A stretch of DNA of 60,000 nucleotides from assembly GCF_963921235.1 (NCBI RefSeq), contig NC_086097.1, positions 172,610,001-172,670,000 of the forward strand. Direction: 5' to 3'. The translations under genes and the position numbers were made by a program. The stretch comes from Mobula hypostoma. Taxonomy: Eukaryota. Each line of letters begins with the position of its first letter. Positions within the stretch are counted from its first letter, which is position 1. Below are positions 25,506-36,720 of this stretch, piece by piece. The notes below the pieces were generated by a model that was not told the DNA's origin, did not search any database, and was given only the letters and a program-made list of their open reading frames with translations.

Positions 25506-26868
25506 AAGATGTTAATAAGAATAACAGCAGATTTGGAAAGTGGTGAAATCATCGGACAAAGTCAGCATGGAATTGTGAAAGGAAAATCATGTCTGAAGAA
25601 TCTCATAGAATTTTTTGAGGATGTAACTAGTAGAGTGGATAGGGGAGAACCAGTGGATGTGGTATACTTGGATTTTCAAAAGGCTTTTGACAAGGTCCCA
25701 CACAGGAGATTAGTGTGCAAACTTAAAGCACACAGTATTGGGGGTATGGTATTGATGTGGATAGGGAATTGGTTGGCAGACAGGAAGCAAAGAGTGGGAA
25801 TAAACGGGACCTTTTCAGAATGGCAGGCAGTGACTAGTAGGGTACCACAAGGCTCAGTGCTGGGACCCCAGTTGTTTACAATATATATTAATGACTTGGA
25901 TGAGGAAATTAAATGCAGCATCTCCAAGTTTGTGGATGACACGAAGCTGGGCGGCAATGTTAGCTCTGAGGAGGATGCTATAAGGATGCAGGGTGACTTG
26001 GATAGGTTAGGTGAGTGAGCAAATTCATGGCAGATGCAATTTAATGTGGATAAATGTGAGGTTATCCACTTTGGTGGCAAAAACAGGAAAACAGATTATT
26101 ATCTGAATGGTGCCCGATTAGGAAAAGGGGAGGTACAACAAGACCTGGGTGTCATTATACACCAGTCATTGAAAGTGGGCATGCAGGTACAGCACGCGGT
26201 GAAAAAGGCGAATGGTATGCTGGCATTTATAGCGAGAGGATTCGAGTACAGGAGCAGGGAGGTACTACTGCAGTTGTACAAGGCCTTGGTGAGACCACAC
26301 CTGGAGTACTGTGTGCAGTTTTGGTCCCCTAATCTGAGGAAAGACATTCTTGCCATAGAGGGAGTACAAAGAAGGTTCACCAGATTGATTCCTGGGATGG
26401 CAGGACTTTCATATGATGAAAGACTGGATCGACTTGGCTTATACTCGTTGGAATTTAGAAGATTGAGGGGGGATCTTATTGAAACGTATAAAATCCTAAA
26501 GGGATTGGACAGGCTAGATGCAGGAAGATTGCTCCCAATGTTGGGGAAGTCCAAAATGAGGGGTCACAGTTTGAGGATAAAGGGGAAGCCTTTTAGGACC
26601 GAGATGAGGAAAAACTTCTTCACACAGAGACTGGTGAATCTGTGGAATTCTCTGCCACAGGAAACAGTTGAGGCCAGTTCATTGGCTATATTTAAGAGGG
26701 AGTTAGATATGGCCATTGTGGCTATGGGGATCAGGGAGTATGGAGGGAAGGCTGGTACAGGGTTCTGAGTTGGATGATCAGCCATGATCATACTGAATGG
26801 CAGTGCAGGCTCGAAGGGCCAAATGGCCTACTCCTGCACCTATTTTCTATGTTTCTATGTTTCTATGT
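25506..26868 (+). mobile_element. 5'-truncated CR1 LINE, little decayed
   Basis: RT reading frame 25509-26768 with a single stop at 26016; (TTTCTATG)n tail. Confidence 0.95.
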
Positions 26869-27639
26869 TGAGTGTAATTTATGTCATTTTTTAAATAAGC
26901 AATAGGATTGTTTTTAACAACCTTAGCTGCTCATTAATGTCCTTCACAGAGGGCAATCTATCGTCCTTACTTGGTTTACACTGGAGTCATAGAGTCATGC
27001 AGCAGGGAAACAGGTCCATACCAATGAAGATGCCCATTTAAGCTAGTCTATTTTGCCCATATTTGGCCCATGTCCCTCTAATCCATTCCTATCCAAGAAT
27101 CCACCTTTGCCTCAACCACTTTCTTTGTCATCTCACTCCATATACTGATTGCATGTGACTGTGGACCCATATTTGTGTCTTAAGTGGTATCAGGTTACTT
27201 CAAGGGACAATTAGGGAAGGCTGATGTTTTATCATCTAGGCAGTGAAATCTACATCCCCTGAATAAGTAGAGGAACAGCCCATAAACCCTGACTTGGCCA
27301 ATGCATGTAGGACTGCAGTGATATTAATTTTGTAATAGACACATGGAATGAGTGTACGGTGTGTGCTGTCAAAGAGATGCATGGTGCCTGCCAACGCTCT
27401 GGCAGCTGTTCTGAGTATTGCGACAAATCTATCGAAAACTCAGCTGGGTTCACATGGGAACCACTGAAGCCCAGTCATTACTTCACTCTCCACTGTTCCA
27501 ATACTGGGCTGTGGTCGTGCACCTTAATTGAAGGAGACATTAAAACAAATGAGTATTAATTTACACCACATTAATAGGCTATTTTCTGTCCCAGAGCCTT
27601 TGGGACTGAAAATACCAAATAGGTTTAAGATTAAAGGAA

Positions 27640-28170
27640 AGTACTGCATTCTATCACAACCTTCAGGTGTCCCAAATCATTTTGCGCTAATAAAAGTATT
27701 TTGAAAATGTTATAATGTAGTTAAGTAATGATGGTCATTTTGAAAACACACATTCTCATGAACAGTGATGGGACAATGGTCTGATGTACTGATTTTCAGG
27801 AGAGTTAGTGAAAGGGTAAACTTTGGCCAGTATACTGGTGGTTACACAAGGGTTTTGAGATGTTGACAGTTCCTTTCAACCTTCTGTTTGCTGCTGCTAA
27901 TGAGATTCTCCAGCAGGATTGTTTCTTCTCCAGATTGCAGTATCTGCAGTCTCTTGTGTGTCTACTAGAGTAATTCGCTTAATGTTCTCTGAAATAGTTT
28001 TATGGGCTCTTCAGGCAATCATGTCTCATCCAATGAGTGGAACTTCCAATAGTGCAGTTCCTCAGTGCTATAGTATGTGTGAGAGTCTTGATTTACATTA
28101 TCAACTCTCTGGAATGGAACTTGAACCCAGACCAATCTGACTCAGAGACAGCAGCTCTATCATCTGATGT
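27640..28170 (-). mobile_element. DeuSINE (SacSINE1/AmnSINE1-like), decayed
   Basis: The reverse complement reads 'ctctgagtcagattggtctgggttcaagttccattccagag...agcactgaggaactgcactattgga' (B box plus Deu-like domain); tail at ~27640-27720. Family recalled, not searched. Confidence 0.6.
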
Positions 28171-28271
28171 AATTCCTCAAAGGGTGATGGAGCCAAGGAA
28201 CTTCCAGGTGGTAACCGAACATGTAATTGTCTTTTTCTCTGCTAAAAGGCTTTCAAGCTGAGACGTTTGTT

Positions 28272-28450
28272 AAACAGAAGACATTCGGCAGATGCTGGAA
28301 ATCCAGAGTAACACACATAAAATGCTGGAGGAACTCAACAAGTCAGGCAGCATCTATGGAAATGAACGGTTGACATTTGTTGTTTGTTGTTGTCTCTTAC
28401 CACAGATATGACTTGACTGATCAAGTTCTTCCAGCATTTCTGTTTTGGTC
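28272..28450. mobile_element. Penelope-like terminal palindrome
   Basis: 'gcagatgctggaaatcc...aatgctggaggaactc' with inverted 'gttcttccagcattt'. Confidence 0.7.
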
Positions 28451-28902
28451 ATAATTGATCCTGGGCAAATTGCAGGAAAGTAAGACAATCACAGTGCTTA
28501 ATTTCACTTGGCATAAGATAAAGTGGTGATGGAGAGGGCACGAAGAAGTAGTTATTTTTTTCCCACCAAACCATTATGGGAAATGCACAGAATGTAAAGA
28601 ACTACTGTATTCAAATAGTCTTACACTGAATTTCTCTTCCCTGAGAGATATCTGAGATTTCGAAGTTGTGAAGATTTTAAAACAAACTTTTTAATGCTCC
28701 CTTGAAGAAAGCTGGAATACTTTCATGCATTGAAGACGTTATATAAATGCAAATCTTTGTAGCCTCATTGGTCAATAACATTCACCATTGTTAAGGAGAG
28801 TATCAGTCAATCAAATTAAGAGCAGAAATGTAATCTTTATTGCAATATATTTCATTGGAAGTCTGACATTTGTATTTTGTCAGCCAAGTTACTAATGATA
28901 TC

Positions 28903-29200
28903 AGCATCATGGTAACATAGCAGTTATGCAACACTATTACAGCTTGGGCCGTTCCGTATCTCAGAGTTCAATTCTTTTGCCATCTGAAAGGAGTTTGTAA
29001 GTCCTCCCTGTGAATCACGTAGGTTTTCTCTGGGAATTCCGGTTTCATACCACAGTCCACAGCCTTCCCCTTTAGTAGGTTAACTGGTTATTGTAAGTTG
29101 TCCTGTGATTAGGCTAGTGTTAAGTTGGTAGGTTGCTGAGTGATGTGGCTTGTTAGCCTGGAAGGTCCTGTTCCGCAAAGAATCTCTAAGAAAAATAAAA
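28903..29200 (+). mobile_element. V-SINE (HE1-like)
   Basis: A box-like 'tggtaacatagcag', B box-like 'gagttcaattc', then the V domain 'ggagtttgta..cctccctgtg...ccggtttcataccacagtcc'. Confidence 0.75.
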
Positions 29201-29284
29201 CTGCATGTTATCGAGACTTGTTTGGGGTATTAGAAAACTAACACAGATCAGAAATATTCTTCCAGAAAAATTAGTGTTTATTGC

Positions 29285-29704
29285 TGTTGGAGTGATTTTT
29301 GGGTTTAGCACATCTAGCAAATAACTTCAGCCACCAAACTTCAAATCTGAATATAGATTGTAGATTTAATTTGAAATGCAGCTCTGAACTATAGATTCCT
29401 AAAAGCCTTGAAGCACAGACCAGACAATGCTGTTCAAAATTTACTTAGATGTCTGTGGTGTGGGTGCAAATTGGGAAGCATGAAGTTTGTGTATAGTTTC
29501 AAAGAAAGCATTGTTGAGGCATTGTAAATATAGATTGTCCTTTGATATTTAGCACATAAAATACTGAGCCCTCCATCAGGCCAGCCTGACCTTTTCATCA
29601 AATGCATCTCAATATGATGCCTGTTGTATCTTGTTTTGTCAGATAAAGAGACTGCTTCATACCTACCTGTACTTTTCTCCAGTGACTTCATTCATGCAGC
29701 AACA
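29285..29704 (+). repeat. ERV 5' LTR
   Basis: Begins TGTTG, ends CAACA; aligns with 34156-34533. Confidence 0.92.
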
Positions 29705-29706
29705 TT

Positions 29707-29727
29707 TGCAGTCAGAAGTGGCAGATT
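29707..29727 (+). promoter_or_regulatory. Primer-binding site, tRNA-Leu-like (degenerate)
   Basis: tgcaGTCAGAAGTGGcagatt versus the expected tRNA-Leu complement TGGTGTCAGAAGTGGGATT; starts 2 nt after the LTR. Confidence 0.7.
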
Positions 29728-29849
29728 GCTGAGTACGTTTTCTGCTGTTTTAAGTATATACTAGTACCCATTATTTATATTTTGTTTAGTGTGGAAATTA
29801 GTGTGGAGATATTTCAGGGAGAGGGTTTACAAAATAAATCTGTCAGGAT

Positions 29850-30700
29850 GACACCTATTGAGGTCAGGCAACATCAGGTAAAGAACTCTGATGGTCCGAG
29901 CCAGCCTTGACCTTGATTACTACTATTCATAAGCCCTTCAGCTCAGGGGAGAAACAGAGTATTTTGTCAGAGCTGCCCTCACTTAAAGTCACATATGTGA
30001 ATTCAGAATTCTGGCACAAGCTCAAAGAAATGATTGAAATTCACCAGATGCACCCCGAAGATATATATGTGTTGATAAAAGCAAGGGGCCCAAGGAATAT
30101 GTGGGACATTTTGACCAGTGGGTACAGGATAGTAAATGGGAAACTACCGGGAACAGCAGCAATGAAGAAAGATATTTCTCTTTTAAAGGGGAAATGAGGC
30201 AGCGACTGGGGGGAGGTGAGAGTAACTGGGGAACAATGATGGCAGTGATTCAAAGAGCTGATGAGACAGCCATGGATTATGAAGAACGTAAATATCGAGC
30301 ATATGAGGAGTATTCAGGGTTGGATAATCCAGGAAGGGATGACACAGTCTTCCTGAAAATGATGAAGGAAGGACTGACTTCAGCCCACCAGTTGCTATAG
30401 ATTTAGGGATAGCAGTGGGATCGAGCTACTCTGCAATAGTTCCATGGGCCAGTGGGATAGACCAAAGGAAGTACAAGAGAAATTGTAAAGTGGCTATAGT
30501 GCATGTAGCTGCTGAGACATCACAGAGGGCTTGCTTTGTGTGCTGGCAGGACTGCTGGAATAGACATTGGAGGATTAAGGAGTTGTATGCTGCAGCTGTG
30601 GCCTATCGGGACACGGATAGAGGCAGTGTTCCAAAAAGAGTGAAAAAAAGCAGTTGAAAGTCATGGCAGCACACAATCTTTCACCCCATCATCACCCAGT
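29850..30700 (+). pseudogene. gag: ERV gag remnant
   Basis: MHR-like QRADETAMDYEER; degenerate knuckle CFVC at ~30532; CX2CX4HX4C (CCSCGLSGHG*RQC) at 30588-30629. Confidence 0.75.
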
Positions 30701-30789
30701 CTGGCCAATCTGACTGTCAATCAGATCATAGAGCTGGTGAAGTCAGCTTTTAGGCCAGAAAACGATGTGGCAACAGCCCCACTTCTAGC

Positions 30790-31480
30790 GCTGGTGACCC
30801 ACGGATGTACACAACAGCATTATTAGGGGGCCAGCAATGTGGTATATTATAGGCCGGTGATGTTGTGGGGATGGAACTGGACTCTCTGACGGTGGTGTCT
30901 GAAAAGAGGATGCTGTCCAAGTTGCATGCCATCTTGGACAATGTCTCCCATCCACTACATAATGTACTGGTTGGGTACAGGAGTACATTCAGCCAGAGAC
31001 CCATTCCACCGAGATGCAGCACAGAGCGTCATAGGAAGTCATTCCTGCCTGTGGCCATCAAACTTTACAACTCCTCCCTTGGAGGGTCAGACACCCTGAG
31101 CCAATAGGCTGTCCTGGACTTATTTCCTGGCATAATTTACATATTACTATTTAACTATTTATGGTTTTATTACTATTTAGTTATTTATGGTGCAATTGTA
31201 ATGAAAACCAATTTCCCCCGGGATCAATAAAGTATGACTATGACTATTGACAGAGGGGCATTGTTATCAATAACTGACCTACCCTTGCCAAAAACAGGAC
31301 AGGCTATTTATATTACAGGTGTAGGAGGAGAAACAATGAAAGCAGAAAGAAGTGAGTCGTAGATATTTGAAATTGGTGGAATGCAGTTTTCAGTGTAGTT
31401 GCAGTCTGTCCAAGTAATGAGGGAAGCATGGGCCATTATAGGTTCAGGAGAGGGAGAAATAATATGGTCAAGCCAGAGGC
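30790..31480 (+). pseudogene. pro: ERV protease remnant, split by a LINE insertion
   Basis: GDPRMYTTALLGGQQCGIL | IDRGALLSITDLPLPKTGQAIYITGVGG: a DTGA-like active site plus flap glycines. Confidence 0.72.
30851..31247 (+). mobile_element. Short 3' fragment of a distinct Rex1-type LINE inserted in the ERV protease
   Basis: Open peptide GMELDSL...ILDNVSHPLH...TERHRKSFLPVAIKLYN; AATAAA followed by a (TATGAC)n tail. Confidence 0.85.
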
Positions 31481-31589
31481 AGTGAACACGTATAACAAAC
31501 AGAGAACACAACATAGCTAGTGTAGCCACACTGACAGCTGTTCACAAAACAGTAATGATGGTTAAGGACACTGGAATGAATCATGTGGG

Positions 31590-33250
31590 GGAGGGGAGGC
31601 ACATGAGTGCCAAACAGAAATAAAACAGGAAGAAGCTATTAGTGTGAAGGAAGGGGCAGAAGAGGAAATTTTTATTGATGGGTCTCAGCAGTACATAAAT
31701 GGGAAGCCACGGACTGGCTGGGTTGTGATGAAGGAAACAGATGAAGAATTAGGTTCAGGAGCTCTACCTGGGGGTGGCTCAGCTCAGGTGGTGGAGCTGG
31801 TGGCCCTGGTAGAGGCACTGCATTACAGTAAAGGCAGATGAGCAAATATATATATAGACAGCCGGTATGCCTTCGGGTGGTGCATGATTATCTGATGAAT
31901 ATGATGTACCCAAATGACATGGGCACAGTGTGGATTTGTAACTTCAACAGGGACGGGTATTCAGCACAGGCGCCTAATACAACAATTGCTGGAAGCAGTG
32001 AGTCTGCCAGCAGAGGTGACAGTAATTAAAGTAAAAGCTCACCAGAAAGGGGAGAGTGTGGAGCAGAAAGGAGATGAGTGGACAGACATCACTGTGAAGA
32101 AGGCAGCAGAGAAACAAGAGGCAATTGAAAGTACGTACAGGAAGAAACAATGGAAAGCCAGTTTAATAAAATTATATGAAGAGGTGGTGGCAGAAGGGAA
32201 GGAGAAAGGGAGCAAAGGAGAGACCAGGTAGGAGTTGGACCCAGGGGGAGAAAGGAGTCGTGGTGGCCCCACCATGTATTAGGCAGATACTGCTGAAGTT
32301 ATATCATGGGTTGATGCATCAGGGAAGGCAGAGCGTGATCACAATCATCCAGCAGGATTGGTGGTGGCCGGGGATGGGCAGAGATGTTGAGAAATTCTGC
32401 CACCATTGTATCATGTGTGCTCAGCATAACCCTGGTAAGGGCGTAAAGCTACAGCTGGCAAACCAGCCACGGCTGAGGGGACCCTGGGAAAACATTCAGA
32501 TAGATTTCACGGGGCCCCTACCCAAAAGCAGGGGGAAAAGCTACTGTCTAGTAACTATGGATCACTTCACCCAGCGGGTAGTGGCTTCCCAACGAGGGAC
32601 TGCACCGCCAGCACCACTGTACGGATTCTATTTCAGGAAATTCTCCAGGTGGACTCGGATTAGGAACACATTTCACGGGGAAAGTGATAAAGGAAATGTG
32701 CTGACTGTTAGGGATTCGACAATGTTTCCACGTACCTTACCTCTCTCAGAGGTCAGGAATGGTAGAATGGATGAACCGAACAATCAAGAATACCTTAACC
32801 CAAGCTGTAGCTGAGACGGGAGAGATATGGGTTGATGTATTACTTGGAATCCTGACGAGATTGCAAACAACCCCAAACTGCACTCTGGATCTCAGCCCCA
32901 ACCAATTATTGAAGGGGCGAGCAACGTGACTCCCTTATGAGGTAATTATGAGTTGCGGTGAACCTGGGATTTACAGGGATAGAATATGACACAGTGTGTG
33001 AGAGACCTTTGTAACCAACATAAAGTGCTGAAGGACCGAGCAAAACAACAGCAGCACATTGCAGATCAGAGAGAGCCAGAGGGAAAGGAGATAGTCCTCC
33101 CACAGCCTGGTGACCAGGTCATGGTGAGGGTGATGCCTGAAAGGGCAGGGTATGAGGGGACCATGGATGGTACTTTTAACAAGTGATACTTGTGTCCATA
33201 TGCAGACTCGGTGAGGTAGCCAGTGGAAACACTGGAATAGGGCTAAATTG
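31590..33250 (+). pseudogene. pol: ERV pol remnant: RNase H plus integrase
   Basis: GEAHEC, FIDGS, SAQVVELVAL, IYIDSRYAF and IKVKAHQ; integrase HHCC (H..MH...WWWPGM...CIMCAQHN) and GPWENIQIDFTGPLP. Confidence 0.9.
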
Positions 33251-34143
33251 TATGACTCACCTTCTTGTTGCCCCCACAGAGAGAGCAGAGGATCAAGTGT
33301 TCCCAGTAACCGTGTTATTACAGAAAATCTAAGAGAGGAACACCAACCAGCCACACCAGACCTGAGCTCGGTTGATAGAAAAACACCCACAGCAAATGTG
33401 AAGGCAGAGGATACTGAAAGCATGATAGAAACCTATGCTAAAGTGTGATGGTAATGGTACTCTGTAATGAAGGCTGGTTGCTGAAAGTGGGTGATCAGTT
33501 GAATAGCATAGAGTAGAAAAGATATTGGGAAAAATAGATGGGGATGGATTTAAGTAACAGCAGGTTTCACAACTTCAATGGCATGGCAGACTGAGAAAGA
33601 GTGCCCACAGCATCAGAAGGCAGTCACCCCCAGCCTGAATGGGGAGTGAATACAAATGAGCTGGGCCTTTTCAGCAGTCAGGCCAGTGATTGACTGGACA
33701 GTTTGGAAGGGGGCGCCACAGGGGAGAGGTCCTTGCAGTCATTCAAGTAGAGACCACCCCAACCCCTTCCTGTACATCGATGAGAGGGCCTGTGAGCCTG
33801 ACACACTTACTTTGCTGGTGCCGCTGGAAAGAGAGAGTTTCAGCCATCAGAGATTGAAGGGATGAAGACAAGGAATGTGATTAAGCTGCAATTGGCCAGC
33901 AGGGAAAGAGCAACAGACACACAAACGAAGCTGCATTTCTAAAGACTGTTGTTCATATTTCTGGACAATCTCTCTGATTAGCATTTTGTAGGTAGCTGTT
34001 AGGGATGAAAGGGTAGATGTACATAATGTAATGGTTGTGGCGGGGGGTAATTTCGAGGCAGGGCATTTCTGCTGCCCAGTTTGAGTTGATCCTCCTTAAC
34101 GTTGGCCTTTCCTTGTACAAATTAATTTTTGTCCGGGAGGGCT

Positions 34144-34154
34144 GAGAAGAGGGA
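34144..34154 (+). promoter_or_regulatory. Polypurine tract
   Basis: GAGAAGAGGGA lies 1 nt before the 3' LTR. Confidence 0.75.
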
Positions 34155-34155
34155 C

Positions 34156-34533
34156 TATTAGAGCGATTTTTTGGGTTTAGCACATCTCTGAATATAGATT
34201 ATAGATTCAATTTAAAATGCAATAGGTTCCTAAAAGCCTTGAAGCACAGTCCAGACAATACTGATTAAAATTCACTTAGATGTCTGTAGAGTGGGTGTGA
34301 ATCAGGTGTGAAGTTTGTGTATAGTTTCAAAGAAAGCATTGTGGATGCATTGCAAATATAGAATTGTCCTTTGATGTTTAGCACATAAGATATCAAGCCT
34401 CACATTGGGCCAGCCAGACCATTCCACCAAAAGCATCTCAATATGATGCCTGCTGTGTATTGTTTTGTCAAATAAGGAGGCTAATTTATAGCTACCAGTA
34501 CTTTTCTCTGGTGACTTCATTCGTGCAACAGCA
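34156..34533 (+). repeat. ERV 3' LTR
   Basis: Diverged copy of 29285-29704 with small deletions; followed by the TSD ATTGC. Confidence 0.92.
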
Positions 34534-34929
34534 ATTGCAATAAATTTTGGGAGATGCAGAGTAAGTGGAATGTTGTTAACATCTTACTGATGAAATGTCC
34601 ATCAGTTAAATGTAAGTGGCAGTGAGGAATCCAATGCTTCATGACAGGTTTCTCCTCAGAAGCTGCAGCTGCCCTTGTCACTCATTCTGTTACCTAGCAT
34701 GCCTAAAGGCCTCAGAATCAATTACCTGTGGGCTCCTGGTAATGAAGATATCAGTCTTGACCCTAGTGCTTCAGACTCAATGTTCATGGGCAAGGCTGTC
34801 CAGTGGGACCATGCTTGACTTTGGCCTTGCTCTTGTCACTAGGGTCTTCAAGTCTAAGCTCATACTTATTGTTGTAAAAGTACTTATGGTATCCAGGGTA
34901 TAAATGCTTTTTACAACAGCAGCACAATA

Positions 34930-35270
34930 CATTACAAACATGACAGCAGAAGCTACGTTATCTTCAATTAATATAAATGATATATAATTTACACAACTTA
35001 ATAAACAAAAATAATGTAATGATATTAGTGCAAGTTAAGGAAAGCATAGTCCAAGATCGGTTCAAAAACCTGATTGCAGTGGGAAAGAAGCTATTCTTGA
35101 ACCTTGGGTTGTGGGTCTTCAGACTCCTGTACCTCCTGCTTAATGGCAGCTGCGAGCCAAGGGCATGGCCCGGATGGATATTGTTTTCCTGAGACATCAC
35201 CTCACACGGATATCCACCATAATGAGGAGAGCTGTACCCATGATGAAACTGGCTGAGTCCAGCACTGCTT
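34930..35270 (-). mobile_element. Rex1/Babar 3' fragment
   Basis: HPGHAL..LPLSRRYRSLKT...RFKNSFFPTAIRFLN. Confidence 0.8.
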
Positions 35271-35789
35271 TGACTTTAGGGCACAGTCTTTGACAGATGG
35301 TTATCAAGCTAGCAGAGTCTGCAGGAATATGGCACAGTCTAGAGCTAGAGGAGAGGTTTGACATGCAGGCAACAGAGAAACTGTCCTTCTATCTTCAAGA
35401 TGTAGGGCATCCTTGTACACATTGAGCTTGCTACATTCATTGCATTCATTATACTTTACCTGGAAGAATATTTCTTGGCCAAATTAGCTTGCAAATACCC
35501 CAAATATGCCCCATAATATTTATTGTATTGTGTTGGCTTATTATTGTCATACGTAGATATGGTAAAAAGCTTTTGTTTAGTATGTCAATCAGACAGATCT
35601 TACCATCCATATTTTTGTACATTGAGGAAGTAAGCAGAAAACAGAATGCTGAATGCAGTTGCAATGAAAATGCAGTTGCAAAGAAAATGCAGTGTAATGT
35701 TATAGTAACATGTCTGACAATATTATTATTGGGGATGATAAAAAGAAAAACTACAGATGCTTGAAATCTGAAACAAAAGAAGGAAAAAT

Positions 35790-36300
35790 GCCGACTAAAG
35801 ATGAACTAGTCCCAGCTCTCATTTAGGCCATATCCTTCTAAATCGTTCCTATCCATGTACCTATACAAATGCCTTTTGTACATTGTAATTGTATCCATCT
35901 CTACAACTTCCCCTGGTAGATCGTTCCATCTTTGTATGAAACATTTACCTCTCAAGTCCTTTTTAACTCCATTGCTTTTTACCCTAAATCTATGTCCTCT
36001 AGTCCAGGAAAATGACTGTGGTGTTTCACCTTTTCTACCCCACTCATGATTTTATAAGCCTCTCAGGTCATTTCTCAACTTCCTGTGCTCCAGGGAAAAA
36101 GCCCCAGCCTATCCAGGCACCTTCTCAAGCTGTCCAGTCCTGGTAACATCCTTGTAATCTTTTTCTGCAGCCTTTCCAACTTAATGACATCCTCCCTACA
36201 GTTGAGTGGCCAGAACGGAGCACAATATTCCAAGGATGGTTCACCAATGACTTGAACAGATGCAACATGACAATCCAACCTCTGTACCTAATGCCCTTGG
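35790..36300 (-). mobile_element. Old CR1 3' fragment
   Basis: LEYCAPFW...IKLERLQKKITRMLPGL. Confidence 0.8.
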
Positions 36301-36419
36301 CATTGGACTTTTACCAGTGCAGGAGGCATAATTATTACCAGTCCTCTGGTCCCAAGAATGCCTAAGGATCATTCCAGGGCAGCAAATTTAGAAACCATTC
36401 ATCCTCCTCTCCTAATCAA

Positions 36420-36720
36420 TTCTCACAAAATGCTGGAGGAACTCAGCAGGTCAGGCAGCATCTCTGGAAATGGATCAACAGTCGTGGCTTTGGTCCAAGA
36501 CACTTCTTCAGGAATGTTTTCCTCATATATTCTGGGTTGAGATTTAAGTAGAAGGTAGTCAGTTACATACATACAGATTTATTTAGAAATCCTGAAGAAG
36601 CGTCTTGGTCCGAAAAGTCAACTGTTCCTTCATTTCCATAGGTGCTGCCTGACCTGCTGAGTTCCAGCATTTTGTGTGTGTTGCTTCGGATTTCTAGAAT
36701 CTGCAGCCTTTCTCGTCTTT
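36420..36720. mobile_element. Inverted Penelope-like termini with a short spacer
   Basis: Arms at ~36423-36512 and ~36590-36718 are inverted; CTGAAGA...GAAA core at ~36592-36615. Confidence 0.75.

Larger units (their letters stand above)
29285..34533 (+). mobile_element. Endogenous retrovirus provirus, internally deleted (LTR-gag-pro-[no RT]-RNaseH-IN-unknown-LTR)
   Basis: Paired LTRs; TSD ATTGC at 29280-29284 and 34534-34538; PBS, PPT, and retrovirus-type RNase H and integrase motifs. Confidence 0.92.

Noticed and set aside
33940..33975. HxS motif (VVHIS) suggesting a 2H phosphoesterase in the ERV
   Set aside because: It is a single short motif surrounded by stops, and no second HxT/S motif could be placed.
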